Virus record (IMG/VR): IMGVR_UViG_3300022562_002256
Location: 96,001 to 160,000 of that record
Length of the DNA stretch: 64,000 nucleotides
Origin: a virus
Strand: one strand, 5' to 3'
The notes beneath the pieces were generated by a model, which was not told the origin of the DNA, ran no database searches, and saw only the letters and a program-made list of their open reading frames with translations. Position numbers and translations under genes: made by a program. This document shows positions 62,610-64,000 of the stretch, piece by piece. Position 1 is the stretch's first letter, and each line of letters opens with the position of its first letter.

Positions 62610-64000
62610 ATGCCCACGCCGCCCTACGCCCGCCTCGGAGTCCGCGTCAACGGCGGCGCCCCCCAATACGGTGGCATCACCGTGGCGCACGGCGACATGG
62701 TGCAGATCGTTGCCGAGAATACCGCTTTTTGGGGGTCGCCTGCGGCGTTGTGGACGATCTACGAGTACCCCGATGGGTGGACGGGGCCGGGTGCCCCCTG
62801 GGTTGCCACCGTGGTGCCCCAGCCCAACGGTCTCCCCGACGCGACCGTGTTCGTGTACGCGGGCAACACGTTCCCCCCGGCGTTCGCGGTCCCTGTCGCG
62901 CCGCAGTGGGGGAAGTTCCTCCTTTCCCTGCTGGTCAACGGCGGGGTGTCCCAGACGGTCCCCCGGGAGACTTTGTACGACGAGGCCACGTCCTTTCAGG
63001 TGCTCAGTCCGCTCGGGTTCGGCGACGTCGCGTTCCGAGAGACGAGCCAGTGGGGGGCCTGGCGGGGGTGGGCTGGGCCTCTCAAAGAATTCCTGCGAGA
63101 CGCCGACACAGCCATCGCCGCCGCCGGGGCGCTGAGCGACGCAACACCGGCTGCCATAGGCACTGCTGCCGCCGGCGTGTCGGTGGCGGCGTCTCGTGGC
63201 GACCATGTGCACGCTGTAGGCGAGAACCTGGTGTTTCCCGCGACGGGCACCACCACCATCGCGAAGGCTCAAGCAGCCGCCGTTGGGTTGCTTACGACGC
63301 TGCGGGGGCAACAGGGGGCTGTCGGCAGCGCCGGTGGCACGTTGGAAATCGGGCCCGGCGCGGGCGGGACGCCGGACGTCGACTCGCCGGGCGGCTTAAC
63401 TGTCAACCTCCAAAGCGATGGAGTGGCGAGCGGGGTGCTCACGTGGTCGGCCGGCGCATTGGGGTCGTTTCTCACCCTGGGTTACGACAGCGCCACCACA
63501 TCTGTGAGCGAATCCACCACAAGACCGACGCTCTTGCGCAACTCTGCCACCGACCATCGGTGGCAGATCGGTGGCAATGACAAGGCCACGCTCACTGCGA
63601 CGGTGATGACGCTGCAGGGCATCGGGTTGGTGACCGATTATGTCGCCACGGCCTCGACGGGGGTGGCGGTTACCGGTGCACTCCGAGGGACATCCTCAGC
63701 CCCCCTTGTGGCGTTCCGAGAGACCGGAGGGCTGTACGACATCGTTGCGCTCGCCTCTCTAGGCGACAACAAAACGTATGTCGGAGACGAGGTGGGTGAA
63801 GGGACCGTCGTTCGGGCGGGGGCGACCAAAGAGGTGCATGTCGAGATCGATGGCGCCACCGTATACCTCCGCGTGACCGAGACATCGGTCAAATTCCTGC
63901 AAGATATCACAGTGCTGGACGCCACCAAGCTGACGCTCGCCGCAGCGCAGTCGCTCTACGTCGACACCCACCAGGCAGTCTCGCTCACCGGAGGGTTCCT
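62610..64000 (+). CDS. tail-fibre-like virion protein (3'-truncated; absent from the ORF track because there is no stop)
   Basis: Open frame MPTPPYARLG... to the window end; GTAAAGVSVAASRGDHVH fibre motif; Gly/Thr/Ala-rich. Confidence 0.65.
   Translation, partial: MPTPPYARLGVRVNGGAPQYGGITVAHGDMVQIVAENTAFWGSPAALWTIYEYPDGWTGPGAPWVATVVPQPNGLPDATVFVYAGNTFPPAFAVPVAPQWGKFLLSLLVNGGVSQTVPRETLYDEATSFQVLSPLGFGDVAFRETSQWGAWRGWAGPLKEFLRDADTAIAAAGALSDATPAAIGTAAAGVSVAASRGDHVHAVGENLVFPATGTTTIAKAQAAAVGLLTTLRGQQGAVGSAGGTLEIGPGAGGTPDVDSPGGLTVNLQSDGVASGVLTWSAGALGSFLTLGYDSATTSVSESTTRPTLLRNSATDHRWQIGGNDKATLTATVMTLQGIGLVTDYVATASTGVAVTGALRGTSSAPLVAFRETGGLYDIVALASLGDNKTYVGDEVGEGTVVRAGATKEVHVEIDGATVYLRVTETSVKFLQDITVLDATKLTLAAAQSLYVDTHQAVSLTGGF

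Noticed and set aside
1-64000. tRNA/rRNA genes, integrase/att sites, IS elements
   Set aside because: None recognised by eye; tRNAscan-SE and an HMM search would be needed to exclude them

Overview
Very GC-rich 64-kb segment of a large tailed-phage or prophage genome. The host is inferred to be a myxobacterium (Polyangiales-like), based on Gly/Cys-rich lipoproteins and dense sigma-54 promoter use. Left arm (+): sigma-70-type factor fragment, PD-(D/E)XK nuclease, SNF2 helicase, N4/N6 methyltransferase, small hypotheticals, XRE regulator, and terminase small and large subunits with no portal gene after them. Middle and right: a long accessory region, mostly on the minus strand after ~27.5 kb. 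It encodes a C5 MTase, an IbrA/IbrB (PAPS-reductase/ParB) operon with two MTase-like genes and a degenerate SNF2-like protein, Dam, NADAR and DUF4942. It also holds an array-less type IV-B-like Cas11-Csf2/Csf3/CysH module, three degenerate DUF5131 paralogs, a HEAT protein, an M41-like peptidase and a DHH phosphoesterase. A tail-fibre-like gene runs off the right edge. The strongest non-coding signal is 24 sigma-54 (-24/-12) promoters, YGGCAY-N6-TGCW. In 17 of them the ATG starts 13-15 nt after the conserved GC, so the mRNAs are near-leaderless. Five sit at the end of duplicated 120-250 bp upstream cassettes (families A and B) carrying palindromic sites and a shared core about 160 bp upstream. 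A tandem Fis-HTH gene lies between two inverted cassettes. No CRISPR array, tRNA, rRNA or integrase was seen. All family calls come from motif recognition by eye, not database searches; start codons were adjusted by hand and some are uncertain.
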